Counted from the stretch's first letter, positions 28,200 to 38,441 are shown. The stretch is 51,813 nt of DNA from Nevskiaceae bacterium (GCA_035527075.1 DATLBE010000039.1:1-51813); one strand, 5' to 3'. Translations and numbers: made by a program. The notes: generated from the sequence alone by a model not told the origin.

Positions 28200-31100
28200 T
28201 TTCTTCACCTTTTTCTCTTTTCTCCACGGTACCAACCGGCGTTACTTCTAAACCCAAGCCTTGCAATTCTTTAACCAAAACCTTAAATGACTCAGGCACA
28301 GTAGCCTCAGGAATCTCCGTCCCTTTAACAATCGCTTCAAAAGCTTTGGCCCGGCCAACAACATCATCTGATTTAATCGTCAACATCTCCTGAAGAGTAT
28401 GGGCGGCTCGGTGGGCCTCCAGAGCCCAAACCTCCATTTCGCCCAAACGTTGGCCTCCCATTTGCGCTTTACCTCCTAAGGGTTGCTGGGTGACCAAAGA
28501 GTAAGGACCAGTCGAACGAGCATGAATTTTATCATCAACCATATGGGCAAGCTTCATAATGTAACCAATACCAATCACAGTTTTGTATCGACGAGGCTCG
28601 CCAGTCCGACCGTCATAAAGAGCCACTTTGCCATCAACCGGCAAATCGGCTTTTTTCAACTCTTGAACAATTTTTTCCTCATCAATCTTTTCAAACACGG
28701 GAATAGCGAGTTTGTAACCTAGCTTCTGAGCTGCCCAACCAGCATGAGCTTCAAATAGCTGGCCTAAATTCATTCTGGATAAAACAGAAAGAGGTGAAAT
28801 AATGATATCCACAGGCGTGCCATCAGCCAAATAGGGCATGTCGACCCTGGGCACAACTTTAGAAATGACTCCTTTATTACCGTGTCGACCAGCCACTTTG
28901 TCACCCACTTTTATCTTCCGCAACTGGGCGACACGAACAATAACCTTTTTAATCGTCCCCGCCTCCAGCTCATCACCTTTTTCTCGATCTAAAATTTGGA
29001 CATCAATCACCGTTCCTTTTTCACCGTGGGGAACTCGCAAAGAGGTATCTCTCACTTCTCTGGCTTTTTCGCCAAAAATGGCTCGCAAAAGTCTTTCCTC
29101 CGCCGTCAGCTCTGTTTCCCCCTTAGGAGCAATTTTACCTACTAAAATATCATTCTGTTCCACTTCTGAACCAACAACGACAATGCCATCTTCAGCCAAA
29201 TTGGCCAGGTCTTGCTCACTCACGTTGGGAATATCACGGGTTAGCTCTTCTGGACCAAGTTTTGTCTCCACCACTGAAGTTTCATACTCCTCAATGTTAA
29301 CTGAAGTTAAAATATCTTCCTTAACCAAGCGGTCAGAAATGATAATCGCATCTTCATATTCCAAGCCTTTATACGAACAGTAAGCAATCAATAAATTACA
29401 ACCCAAAGCAATCTCACCCTGATCACAAGCCGGACCATCAATCAAAAGATCACCTTTTTTAATTTGCTGGCCGACGGTCACCACCGGTCTTTGAGAATAA
29501 CAAGTGCTATTGGGATTGGATTTTTGGAATTTGGCAATAAAATAAGTTTCTCGATTTTTTTCCACTTTAATCGTGGCCGTACTGCCTAGTTTATTTTTTT
29601 TATCTTTAATTTTTAAAACAACCTTATCGGCATCAACATAAATAATCTTACCGTCATGACGGGCGCAAACTGTGCGGCCCATGGCTCCAGCAATAATTTT
29701 CTCCATTCCCGTTCCTACCACTGGTGACTCTGGCTTCACTAAAGGCACAGCTTGACACTGCATGTGTGAACCCATTAAGGCCCGATTAGGCATATCATTG
29801 GCTAAAAAAGGGATTAAGCAAGCAGAACTGCCCACTATCTGACGAGGAACAACATCAATAAACTCAACTTTTTCAACTGGTGCTTCCAAAAATTCCCCTT
29901 TGTATCTCACTGGTACCCAGGAATCAGCCAGGAACCCTCCTTTGCCTCGGTTAACTTCGGCGTGGGTAATATAGTGCTGATTTTCGTCATCGGCAGCAAG
30001 ATAAACAATTTCATCACTCACTTTCATTTTTACCTGATTACCCCTTTTTACCTTTTTAACTGGATGGTAGGGAGCTTCCAGAAAACCATATTCATTAATT
30101 TGGGCGTACAGAGCCATATAAGTTACCAGGCCGATATTCGGCCCCTCCGGAGAACGAATCGGGCAAACGCGGCCATATTGGGAAACATTAATATCACGAA
30201 TCGAGAAAGAGGCTCTGTTTCGAGTAATGCCTCCTGGGCCCATCACCGAAAGACGGCGTAAATTATCAAGTTCGGATAAGGGATTAGTTTGATCCAGCAC
30301 GGTGGAAAGCTGATTGCTACGAAAGAATTCATTAATGGCGGCGATAATCGGCCGGGCGTTAACCAATTGTGTAGGGGTCACTTTCTCTTCTGTCGAAAAT
30401 AAACTCATTTTTTCCCTAATTGAACGCTCTAACCGTAAAAGTCCCAACCGGAAGGCATTTTCTGCTACCAACTCACCTACTTGCCTCACTCTCCGATTGG
30501 AAAGATGGTCGATTTCGTCAATTTCTCCTTCACCTTGCTGGAGTTTGATTAGATATTTAATGGTGGCGACCACATCATCTCGGTGCAAAACCCAATTTTT
30601 ATAAGCATTGGCAATATTCAAACCCAGCCGTCGATTGATTTTAAAACGACCAACTTTTCCTAAATTGTAGCGGCGATAATTGAAAAATATATTCTCTATT
30701 AAGGTCCGGGCATTATCAGCCACAACTGGTTCACCTGGTCTTAACTTTTGGTAAATTTTGATTAAAGCTTCTTCTCTAGTTTTCGTATCATCCTCAGCCA
30801 GAGTCGCCATGATAAAATCGCGACCCCCTTTCTCTTTTTGACCAAAAAGGCCCAAAATTTCCTCGTCGCCCCCAAAGCCAAGGGCTCTTAAAAAAGTCGT
30901 CGCCGGAAACTTCCGCCGACGATCAATTCTGACACTAATCACGTCGTTGCGATTAATCATAAATTCAAGCCAAGAACCGTGAACTGGTCTTAATTCAGCC
31001 TGGTAAAGCATTCGTCCACTAGTCTTGTCTATTTCACCAGAAAAAAAGACCCCTGGGGACCTGACAATTTGGTTGACTACACCCCTTTCAATACCATTAA

Positions 31101-31470
31101 TAATAAAAGTGCCTATTTCAGTCATGGCGGGGATATCACCTAAAAAAACTTGCTTTTTACTTTCCTTACCGGTTTTCTTATTTAACAAAACCGCCTCAAT
31201 TTTTAAAGCGCGGTCGAAGGTTAATCTTTTACGATGAGCCTCTTCAGGAGTCCTTTTGATTTTGGCAAAACTATGCTTGCCTAAAGAAAGTTTCCAGTTT
31301 TTGCCAGTAAAATCTTCAATCGGAGAAATTTCTTCGATTAACTGAGCAATCCCTTCAGACAAAAACCATTGATATGATTGCCGTTGGACCGCCAGCAAAT
31401 CAAGTTTGGGCAGATTCTGGTAATTTTTACCCCAATTGACCCGGTTAACTTTTGTTTTAAAGGAAGGCAT
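28183..31470 (-). CDS. rpoB: DNA-directed RNA polymerase subunit beta
   Basis: Full-length beta subunit with conserved regions (...GRHGNKGV..., ...[15 protein letters not shown]...). Confidence 0.98.
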   Translation of the reverse strand: MPSFKTKVNRVNWGKNYQNLPKLDLLAVQRQSYQWFLSEGIAQLIEEISPIEDFTGKNWKLSLGKHSFAKIKRTPEEAHRKRLTFDRALKIEAVLLNKKTGKESKKQVFLGDIPAMTEIGTFIINGIERGVVNQIVRSPGVFFSGEIDKTSGRMLYQAELRPVHGSWLEFMINRNDVISVRIDRRRKFPATTFLRALGFGGDEEILGLFGQKEKGGRDFIMATLAEDDTKTREEALIKIYQKLRPGEPVVADNARTLIENIFFNYRRYNLGKVGRFKINRRLGLNIANAYKNWVLHRDDVVATIKYLIKLQQGEGEIDEIDHLSNRRVRQVGELVAENAFRLGLLRLERSIREKMSLFSTEEKVTPTQLVNARPIIAAINEFFRSNQLSTVLDQTNPLSELDNLRRLSVMGPGGITRNRASFSIRDINVSQYGRVCPIRSPEGPNIGLVTYMALYAQINEYGFLEAPYHPVKKVKRGNQVKMKVSDEIVYLAADDENQHYITHAEVNRGKGGFLADSWVPVRYKGEFLEAPVEKVEFIDVVPRQIVGSSACLIPFLANDMPNRALMGSHMQCQAVPLVKPESPVVGTGMEKIIAGAMGRTVCARHDGKIIYVDADKVVLKIKDKKNKLGSTATIKVEKNRETYFIAKFQKSNPNSTCYSQRPVVTVGQQIKKGDLLIDGPACDQGEIALGCNLLIAYCSYKGLEYEDAIIISDRLVKEDILTSVNIEEYETSVVETKLGPEELTRDIPNVSEQDLANLAEDGIVVVGSEVEQNDILVGKIAPKGETELTAEERLLRAIFGEKAREVRDTSLRVPHGEKGTVIDVQILDREKGDELEAGTIKKVIVRVAQLRKIKVGDKVAGRHGNKGVISKVVPRVDMPYLADGTPVDIIISPLSVLSRMNLGQLFEAHAGWAAQKLGYKLAIPVFEKIDEEKIVQELKKADLPVDGKVALYDGRTGEPRRYKTVIGIGYIMKLAHMVDDKIHARSTGPYSLVTQQPLGGKAQMGGQRLGEMEVWALEAHRAAHTLQEMLTIKSDDVVGRAKAFEAIVKGTEIPEATVPESFKVLVKELQGLGLEVTPVGTVEKREKGEENEKTN

Positions 31471-31528
31471 TAAAAATTGGCAGTAGGATGGTTATACGTA
31501 AAAAAACGCCGATTTTTAGTCGGACTAC

Positions 31529-31549
31529 AAAAAAGCGTACCTAGTACGC
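31529..31549 (-). terminator. short hairpin plus U-run in the rpoB leader (mltG terminator or rpoB attenuator)
   Basis: Minus strand reads GCGUAC-UAG-GUACGC followed by UUUUUU. The stem is only 6-7 bp. Confidence 0.3.
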
Positions 31550-31573
31550 CTACCCTTTAACTAACTTGAACAA

Positions 31574-31602
31574 AAAATATCACAAAAAAATAGTCTTGTC
31601 AA
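31574..31602 (-). promoter_or_regulatory. sigma70-like promoter with extended -10 upstream of rpoB
   Basis: Minus strand reads TTGACA (31602-31597), a 17-nt spacer, then TGaTATTTT (-10 at 31579-31574). It lies 8 nt after the mltG stop. Confidence 0.45.
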
Positions 31603-31610
31603 GGCTTTTA

Positions 31611-32603
31611 TTATTTTAAATATCTAGCAATGTTTTGATTGTGTTCTTCAGCGGTGATAGCATAGTGCATATTTCCCTGGTTATCAGAAAGATAAAACCA
31701 GAAAGGCGTCTGCTGGGCATTAGCCACGGCCTCAATTGAAGCTAAGCCAGGATTACAAATCGGGGCAGGGGGTAAGCCCTTATATTTATAAGTATTATAC
31801 GCTGATTCGATTTGTTTATCTTTGGCTGTGGCAATCGGCCACCAGTCACCCGGGCTGCCTTTAACATATTGAAGAGTGGCATCAGCCTGTAACGGCCAGT
31901 CGTTTTGCCAGCGTTTAATTAAAATACCAGCGACAATTGGCCGGTCTTTATTTTCCTTCGTCTCTCGCTCGACAATCGAAGCTAAAATCAACACCTGTTT
32001 TTTAGTCAAACCTTTTTTTCTAGCAACGGTTTGCAAGTTTGAAGAAAACTTTTTCTCAAAATTTTTTTGAAAAATCTTAAGAACCGCTCCCACCGAAGCG
32101 TCTTTGGGAATCAAATAAGTATCAGGAAACAAAGTTCCTTCAAGGTCATTGGCCAAATTCAAAAACTCTTGGGAATCAAAACTCACTAAATTATTTACCA
32201 AGCGACGAACTATTTCCTCTTGCCGCCAACCTTCAGGAAAAGTCAACCAAATGTCTATTGTGCCATAAGTGAGAAACTCAGCAATTTCTTTGGTGGTAAA
32301 AGAAGGCTTTAAGTGGAAATCACCTGCTTGAATTTTGGCAGAAAAGCCTTCATTTAAAACTAAAATCTTAAAAGCCAAAGAGTTTCTAATTAAACCTGCC
32401 TTTTTTAACCGATTGGCAATTGTAGTTAAATTTTCACCCTTTCTGATAATAAAGACCTGACTTGCTTCTTTTTTTGGTGCTACCGCTTCTGTCGCCCACC
32501 GCCACCAAAAAAACCCCACAATTGGGGCAATAACAATGATTAAAAAAACAAACTTAAACTTCTTCAAAAAGAGCCCGCCGATATTTTTTGGTTTTCGGAT
32601 CAT
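31611..32603 (-). CDS. mltG: endolytic murein transglycosylase MltG (YceG-like)
   Basis: N-terminal TM helix, a LysM-like region (TIANRLKKAGLI) and a YceG core (...ASIVERET...). The start is either the ATG at 32603 or the GTG at 32621. Confidence 0.85.
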   Translation of the reverse strand: MIRKPKNIGGLFLKKFKFVFLIIVIAPIVGFFWWRWATEAVAPKKEASQVFIIRKGENLTTIANRLKKAGLIRNSLAFKILVLNEGFSAKIQAGDFHLKPSFTTKEIAEFLTYGTIDIWLTFPEGWRQEEIVRRLVNNLVSFDSQEFLNLANDLEGTLFPDTYLIPKDASVGAVLKIFQKNFEKKFSSNLQTVARKKGLTKKQVLILASIVERETKENKDRPIVAGILIKRWQNDWPLQADATLQYVKGSPGDWWPIATAKDKQIESAYNTYKYKGLPPAPICNPGLASIEAVANAQQTPFWFYLSDNQGNMHYAITAEEHNQNIARYLK

Positions 32604-32754
32604 AGACGAAAATTCGACCACACTTACAAGTCACTTTTTCTGTCCCATCTTTTCTTTTGACCCTCTTACCATTACTCAAAGTTGTACCACAACCCACACA
32701 CTGACCTTTAGAAAGAAGCCAAGCTTGAACCGGAGCAATAATATTTTTAAACAT
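32554..32754 (-). CDS. small zinc-ribbon protein (66 aa), hypothetical
   Basis: CVGCG...(19 aa)...CKCG. It sits between ruvX and mltG and overlaps the mltG start by at least 50 nt. Confidence 0.5.
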   Translation of the reverse strand: MFKNIIAPVQAWLLSKGQCVGCGTTLSNGKRVKRKDGTEKVTCKCGRIFVYDPKTKKYRRALFEEV

Positions 32755-33133
32755 CTTTCCTTCTTTCTAAATATCTCTGTAAAATCAGCGCTGCCGCAAA
32801 TGAATCTTGTTTCTCTTGTCTGGCTTTTCTTTTTTTACCTGACTTTATCATCATATCAAGTGCTTTTTGACTAGTCAAGGTTTCATCCTGAAAATCAACT
32901 GGAAGATTAATGGCTAATTTCAACTGGCAGGCAAATTTTTTCACTTTTTCCGCTATTTCACCCTCAGGTAAACCAATTACTATCCTTTCTATTTCGTTTT
33001 TTTGGCAAATTACTACCAGTTGTTTAATTAAACCTGGAGAATTCTGAACCACGTCCAATAGCTGAACTAAGCTGTCCACACTAATTGCCAAGCCGACTCG
33101 ACGCAAACCAAAATCAATACTTAGAATCGCCAT
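32747..33133 (-). CDS. ruvX: putative pre-16S rRNA nuclease / Holliday junction resolvase-like YqgF
   Basis: MAILSIDFGLRRVGLAIS..., followed by DETLTS. Confidence 0.88.
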   Translation of the reverse strand: MAILSIDFGLRRVGLAISVDSLVQLLDVVQNSPGLIKQLVVICQKNEIERIVIGLPEGEIAEKVKKFACQLKLAINLPVDFQDETLTSQKALDMMIKSGKKRKARQEKQDSFAAALILQRYLERRKDV

Positions 33134-33824
33134 TGTAGTAAGGAACCAACCTTGCCTTCACCACCAATCGTTTCAAATATGTTCCTGGTGGAACACAAGT
33201 AATCAGCGTCAGATATTCAGCGTCATATTGTTGACTAAGCACTGAAATATCTTGAGGAGAAACTTCAACCATTTCGACGACTTGATAACGATAAACAATA
33301 CCGTCAAATTCAACCAAAATCTCATCATTCTTTTCAAGTTCAGGCAGAGTAGAAAAAATAGTTTTATAATTTTGGGGGTTAAAAAACTGAGGCAAAACTG
33401 AGTGGCCAAAAACAACCGCTTTGCCAAACTGACCAGGTAAAGCGGTTCCAGAGTAGTGAATTAATGCCCTGGTTAAATCCTCACCGCCAATGTGAACAAC
33501 CGCTTTTTCAATCTCCAATTTAGGAATCGAAAGATTATAATGAGTAATCTTACTTTGAAACGGAGCCAATTTGGGCGCTGACGGAAACCAATTGGTCGGT
33601 TTGGTGTAATCAGCTCCCATAAAACCGGCACCCAAAACAATGGTTGAATCAGACAGAGGACTAATAATTGGTTGGTGAAGATTGCTCCTTTTTAATTGGT
33701 AAAGAAAAATTGGCAAAAAAACATTCGCCAATAAAACAAAACCAAAAATAATCAATACAGAAGATACAAAAGGCCATTGTCGCCGAACCTTGGGAATAGA
33801 TTTTCGATAACAATAAAGAGCCAC
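33114..33824 (-). CDS. sortase family transpeptidase
   Basis: N-terminal TM helix, catalytic His (VVFGHSV), the TLITC motif and a downstream Arg. Confidence 0.85.
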   Translation of the reverse strand: MALYCYRKSIPKVRRQWPFVSSVLIIFGFVLLANVFLPIFLYQLKRSNLHQPIISPLSDSTIVLGAGFMGADYTKPTNWFPSAPKLAPFQSKITHYNLSIPKLEIEKAVVHIGGEDLTRALIHYSGTALPGQFGKAVVFGHSVLPQFFNPQNYKTIFSTLPELEKNDEILVEFDGIVYRYQVVEMVEVSPQDISVLSQQYDAEYLTLITCVPPGTYLKRLVVKARLVPYYNGDSKY

Positions 33825-35965
33825 TATTTCAATTCTTTTTCAATTTTAATGTTTTTCGTCATTCTTGGAAAAGTAGCTAATTTGCCAGGCAAACGAAGTT
33901 TAATATTAGCCTCAAAAGAGTCAACATTGGGCAAATTGTCCAAATAAATCTCGGCAATGGCCACTTGTTTACCCGCCAGATTTTTTTTGATCTGTTCTAA
34001 ATCAAGAATCGGAATTAACTTTGCCTTAAAATAAGCCAAAAATAAAACTTTCCCGTCTTCAGTAACCTTGTCCAAACTGAAATCAATCTCACTTTCTTCT
34101 GCCTGATACTCAAAACCATCAGGAACAGCCGCTTGAATTTCTTCTTCAATTAACTCTCGAAATTCGGCCTCAGAAAAACTTAAAGATGAAAATGTAATTT
34201 TAAGAGTCAGTCTAACCCCTGTTGCCTCTGCACCAACTTTTTGATCAAAAGCTTGATTTACTACTTTACTGGTCAACGAGTCCTCAACTAAATTTTTGTC
34301 AATCGCCGCCTTGTTTAACAAAGCCTCTTGGGCTTCTTTTTCAAGTTCAAAGGTTAGTTCATCAACCAACCTTTCTTGGTCCTCTTTAGCCACCACTTGA
34401 ACCTCCCGACTAGTACCACCGCTAAAACTTGAGTCGTTTTTAGCAACATAATCAGACTGGCTGCAATTGGCAATCGTAAAATTAGTTTCCGAGGCAAGAT
34501 TGCCTTCCGTACCAATTTCCACCGCCGTGACACCAATAGTTACCTTACCTGGAGTGGAGTCAGCGGCCGTACCACTTTTAGAGGCAATGGTGACATCATC
34601 ATCAAGGGTAAATTCTATTCCTGAGGCACTGGTGATTACTATCCCAGCCGCAAATCTTTTCTCGCCTGTGGTGTCATTATAAATAGTCACTTCACCTTTA
34701 GCCGGCTCGCCCACCAACTTTGTCCCTGTGGTTCCGCTTGTTTTTTCTCTTTCTAAAACAACTTCTATTTTCTCGGCGGGTAAAATTAAATTCTCACGAT
34801 CAGCTGAGGCCAATTCCGGATCAAGTTCAACTGTAAACTCCTTTTCTAAAAGTTCAGGCTTAACAAAAAGCACTACTTCTGCTTTAGGCAGGAACCAAAA
34901 AAGGGCTGCTAAAGCACCAACCAAAACAATAAACAAAGTTGCTATCAAACTTGCTCTTGCAGGAATACGACGAAAAAAAGCTATCGCGGGCTTGCTTAAA
35001 AAACCCAAATTAATGGTTTTCAACCAAGCAAAGCTTAATCGGGGAATTTTAAAACGAGATGGTTTAGGCTCAAACTGAACTTTTTCTCTAATATCCTCAC
35101 CTTTAACAAAGCCTAAGGTTTCAGGTTCTTCTTTTGTCTCTTTTTTAACTTCTTCTTCCTTTTCACCCCCAAGTTCACTAACCTGGCCCTCTTCAATTTT
35201 TATCGCTCCGGCCATTTCTCGACCTCCAGCTAAAGCTACGGCTTTGATTTCAAAATTAGAATTTAAAATCTCCACTTTTGGCAGATGAAGGAAATTAACA
35301 CCTGTTTTATGCCAAGAATAACTAACCAACTCCTCCCTTGCCTCCTCAAGTTTTTCTTCATTGCCATAAACCAGAATTCTGGCTGGATAAACTCCCTCAG
35401 AGGTAATCCTTGATAAACCTTCAATTAAATCCGCGCCTAAATCACCACTTTTATCAACTAGTTCACTGCTGGTAATCTTGCCCAAATTAACTAAACTGAC
35501 CAAAATTTTGGTTTTACCCAAATAGACTAAAATCGCGGTTGGCGGAATGCCTTCAGTAGATTTCAAATGATAAACTACCGCTTCATTACAAGTCGCAAAA
35601 CCAGTGAAAACCAACTCTAACTTCTTGGCAATTTTTTTTAAAATCTGAAGTTTTTCTGGAGTAATTTTATTCTCTTCAACCCAACCGGGAAACAAACCCA
35701 AAACCGCTTTGTTTGGTTCCTGAAAACTTTGGTCAGGCGGTAAGTTTTCCGCGGCTGAAGACAAACTGGCATCAACAGCTTCCAAAAGCTCTTCTTCACT
35801 CTGCCATTCTCTGGTTTTTCCTAAAGAAATAATCTTAACTTGGTCAGCTTCCACTGCCCAAACCGCGCTCTTGACCAACTCAAACCCAATTTGAAGGGCA
35901 AAAAAGCACTCTTTTTTTTCTTCTTTTGGTTGACGTATTTTTTCTAAAATTTGTTTAACTTCCAT
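33824..35965 (-). CDS. large single-pass membrane protein: cytoplasmic N-domain, acidic linker, TM helix, Thr/Gly-rich extracytoplasmic domain (possibly baseplate-J-like)
   Basis: TM helix ASLIATLFIVLVGALAALFWFL near residue 340. The C-terminal ...GTEGNLASETNFTI... resembles baseplate-J-type domains by recall only. The start is at Met14 of the ORF (MEVKQ). Confidence 0.55.
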   Translation of the reverse strand: MEVKQILEKIRQPKEEKKECFFALQIGFELVKSAVWAVEADQVKIISLGKTREWQSEEELLEAVDASLSSAAENLPPDQSFQEPNKAVLGLFPGWVEENKITPEKLQILKKIAKKLELVFTGFATCNEAVVYHLKSTEGIPPTAILVYLGKTKILVSLVNLGKITSSELVDKSGDLGADLIEGLSRITSEGVYPARILVYGNEEKLEEAREELVSYSWHKTGVNFLHLPKVEILNSNFEIKAVALAGGREMAGAIKIEEGQVSELGGEKEEEVKKETKEEPETLGFVKGEDIREKVQFEPKPSRFKIPRLSFAWLKTINLGFLSKPAIAFFRRIPARASLIATLFIVLVGALAALFWFLPKAEVVLFVKPELLEKEFTVELDPELASADRENLILPAEKIEVVLEREKTSGTTGTKLVGEPAKGEVTIYNDTTGEKRFAAGIVITSASGIEFTLDDDVTIASKSGTAADSTPGKVTIGVTAVEIGTEGNLASETNFTIANCSQSDYVAKNDSSFSGGTSREVQVVAKEDQERLVDELTFELEKEAQEALLNKAAIDKNLVEDSLTSKVVNQAFDQKVGAEATGVRLTLKITFSSLSFSEAEFRELIEEEIQAAVPDGFEYQAEESEIDFSLDKVTEDGKVLFLAYFKAKLIPILDLEQIKKNLAGKQVAIAEIYLDNLPNVDSFEANIKLRLPGKLATFPRMTKNIKIEKELK

Positions 35966-37721
35966 GGGCAAGTTCAGCGTAAATCCTTCGCCGGCCAGCG
36001 CCAACTGGTTTTTCTTTTATTATTTTAACACTCCCAATTTCTTCCGTGAAGTCTACATGGGGGCCCCCACAGACTTCTTTAGAGTAATCACCAATTAAAT
36101 ATATTTTAACTTTTTCTCCGTAACGCTCACTAAAAAAGGCCAAAACATCTTTTTGTTTTGCCTCGGCTAACGTCATCACTTCCATCTTTACTGGTAAATT
36201 TTCCTTAATTTTCTGATTGACAATTTTCTCCACCTTTTTGATTTGCTCCTCGGTTAGTTTCTCTGAATGAGTAAAATCAAATCTTAATCTTTCGGCCGTA
36301 ATATTGCTGCCTACTTGCCTCACATGTTCACCCAAAACATCACGCAAAGCTTGATGCAAAAGATGAGTGGCAGTATGAAGTTTGGTTACTTCTTTTGAGT
36401 GATCAGCCAATCCACCTGCAAACTTTTTTTCCAAACTGACTCGCGATTTCTCTTGATGTTTCTTTTGGGCTTGTTCAAACTCTTTCTTATCTACTTTAAA
36501 CCCCTCCTCCAACCCCAATTCCTCTGTCATTTCCAAAGGAAAACCATAGGTTTCATAAAGATAAAAAGCTTGTTGGCCGGTAATCATCCTACTTTTTAAT
36601 CTTCGACCTAGCTTTTCAAACTCTTTTAAGCCTCGCTCCAATGTTTTGCTAAATCTCTTTTCTTCAGCCGCCAATTCTTGAAAAATCTCTTTTTTTTTCT
36701 CTTCAAGAAAGAGGTAATCTTCTTGATAGCCATTAATCACCACCTTCGCTACTTGGGAAACAAATGGTTTTCTAACTTGGAGTAAACGACCATAGCGAAC
36801 CGCCCGACGAATCAAACGCCGCAAAATGTAGCCCTGATCTACGTTGCTTGGTAAAACCCCATCGCCAAGCAAAAAAACAGCTGCCCGAAGGTGGTCAGTA
36901 ATAATTCGCATCGGCTTTTTAGTTTTTTCATCATATTTTTGGCCGGAAATTTTTTCAATTTGATTAACCAAACCAGCAAATAATTCGGTTTGGTAAATAT
37001 TCTCTTTTCCTTCCAAAACTGCTGTCGTTCTCTCCACTCCCATCCCGGTGTCAACATTTTTTTGCTTCAACTTTTCATAGCTTCCATCTGGCTTTCGGTT
37101 GTACTCCATAAAAACGTTATTCCACATTTCAAAAAACCGGCCACAATTGTCTCCGGGTCGGCAACTTGGACCACAAGCAGGTTTACCAATATCATAAAAA
37201 ATCTCACTATCTGGACCCCCGGGTCCTGTCCCGCCTGTTTCCCACCAATTATCTTTTTTGGGAAGAGGATAGATTCTTTCTTTGGGAATACCTAGTGAAA
37301 GCCAAATTTTTTCTGATTCTTCATCTTTAGGTGCATTTTTGTCTCCCTTAAAAATAGTCACATGGAATCGTTTAGGATTAAGGCCTAAAATTTTGGTCAA
37401 AAACTCATAACTCCAACTTAGAGATTCTCTCTTCCAATAGTCACCCAATGACCAATTCCCTAACATCTCAAAAAAAGTATTATGAAAAACATTGCCTACC
37501 TCCTCAATATCTCCAGTTCGTAAACACCGCTGAAGACTAACCAATCTCTTCCCTAAAGGATGCGGTTCACCAAGAAGATAGGGCATTAATGGCTGCATCC
37601 CTGCAGAAATAAAAAGAGTCGTTGGATCATTTTCTGGCATCAAAGAAAGATTGGGCAACTTTTTATGCCCCTTTTTAACAAAAAAATCAATATATTTCTT
37701 TTTTAGTTCATCAGCCTTCAT
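35955..37721 (-). CDS. alaS: alanine--tRNA ligase (short form lacking the C-Ala domain)
   Basis: Class II core FFVKKGHKKLPNLSL...DPTTLFISAGMQ, plus editing-domain motifs HTATHLLHQAL and CGGPHV. 588 aa. Confidence 0.92.
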   Translation of the reverse strand: MKADELKKKYIDFFVKKGHKKLPNLSLMPENDPTTLFISAGMQPLMPYLLGEPHPLGKRLVSLQRCLRTGDIEEVGNVFHNTFFEMLGNWSLGDYWKRESLSWSYEFLTKILGLNPKRFHVTIFKGDKNAPKDEESEKIWLSLGIPKERIYPLPKKDNWWETGGTGPGGPDSEIFYDIGKPACGPSCRPGDNCGRFFEMWNNVFMEYNRKPDGSYEKLKQKNVDTGMGVERTTAVLEGKENIYQTELFAGLVNQIEKISGQKYDEKTKKPMRIITDHLRAAVFLLGDGVLPSNVDQGYILRRLIRRAVRYGRLLQVRKPFVSQVAKVVINGYQEDYLFLEEKKKEIFQELAAEEKRFSKTLERGLKEFEKLGRRLKSRMITGQQAFYLYETYGFPLEMTEELGLEEGFKVDKKEFEQAQKKHQEKSRVSLEKKFAGGLADHSKEVTKLHTATHLLHQALRDVLGEHVRQVGSNITAERLRFDFTHSEKLTEEQIKKVEKIVNQKIKENLPVKMEVMTLAEAKQKDVLAFFSERYGEKVKIYLIGDYSKEVCGGPHVDFTEEIGSVKIIKEKPVGAGRRRIYAELAHGS

Positions 37722-37758
37722 TAGGCTAATAATAGTCGAAATTCAGCTTTGAGGCAAG

Positions 37759-38124
37759 TTATGATAGCGGTTTGCCGTTGCGGGTGAAGGATTTGGCGGC
37801 TTGGCGGCCTCTTTCGCGTAATTCTTTAATGCGGGCTAATTGTCCTTTGGCCTCCTCAACCACTTGGCCTTCCATACTTTTCGCCCTTTGCTCAAGTTGG
37901 GCCTGAACTTGCTTAGCTTTTTGTTTAAACTCTTGTCCTTTTACTTCAATCTCTTCAACCAAGCCTGTTAAATCACCTAAAACATCTTTGCCTTTTTCTT
38001 TCAACTGGGTCTTGATTTTTTTACCTTCTTCCGTGGATGTCAAAAAATAATACAAACCGGCGCCAACAATAGCCCCTAAAATTAAGCCGGTGAAAAAGTT
38101 ATGGCTGTGTTTTTGTTCATTCAT
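37759..38124 (-). CDS. YtxH-like membrane-anchored coiled-coil protein
   Basis: FFTGLILGAIVGAGLYYFLTSTEEGKKIK, followed by a charged helix. Confidence 0.55.
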   Translation of the reverse strand: MNEQKHSHNFFTGLILGAIVGAGLYYFLTSTEEGKKIKTQLKEKGKDVLGDLTGLVEEIEVKGQEFKQKAKQVQAQLEQRAKSMEGQVVEEAKGQLARIKELRERGRQAAKSFTRNGKPLS

Positions 38125-38404
38125 TTTTCTTTTCTGCCTCTTTTTCCCTCTTTTTCTTTCTGCTCGAAAGCCAACCCAAAATCCCAGTCACACCCGAAAT
38201 ACCGGTTATCGTATCGGAAAGAGAAGCAATCGGCCTGGTAATCGCTTCCGAAACTTCGCCAGCATTATCCAAAACCTTATTCACTTTACGGATTGACTCT
38301 CTGATTTCTTTTAAAATGAGAAAAACTTGAACACCAACCGCACTTAGAAGAATGGTTAAAACAGTAATGACCACAATGAGCAGAATTTGGGTCGTATCAG
38401 TCAT
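38117..38404 (-). CDS. DUF948-like small membrane protein
   Basis: N-terminal TM helix followed by a helical region. Pairing with a YtxH-like gene is common in Firmicutes. Confidence 0.45.
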   Translation of the reverse strand: MTDTTQILLIVVITVLTILLSAVGVQVFLILKEIRESIRKVNKVLDNAGEVSEAITRPIASLSDTITGISGVTGILGWLSSRKKKREKEAEKKNE

Positions 38405-38441
38405 ACTGGTTAATTTAAGTTAACTTAGTGGACGATTTTTG

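Noticed and set aside
28838-29383. 181-aa plus-strand ORF antisense to rpoB, with similar antisense or alternate-frame ORFs at 20014-20442 (tuf), 22544-22984 and 22710-23033 (fusA), 40392-40907 (ftsK), 34728-35078 and 36990-37295
   Set aside because: They lie entirely inside well-supported conserved genes and have low-complexity Ser/Thr/Leu-rich translations. They have no start signals, and long antisense ORFs are expected by chance here.
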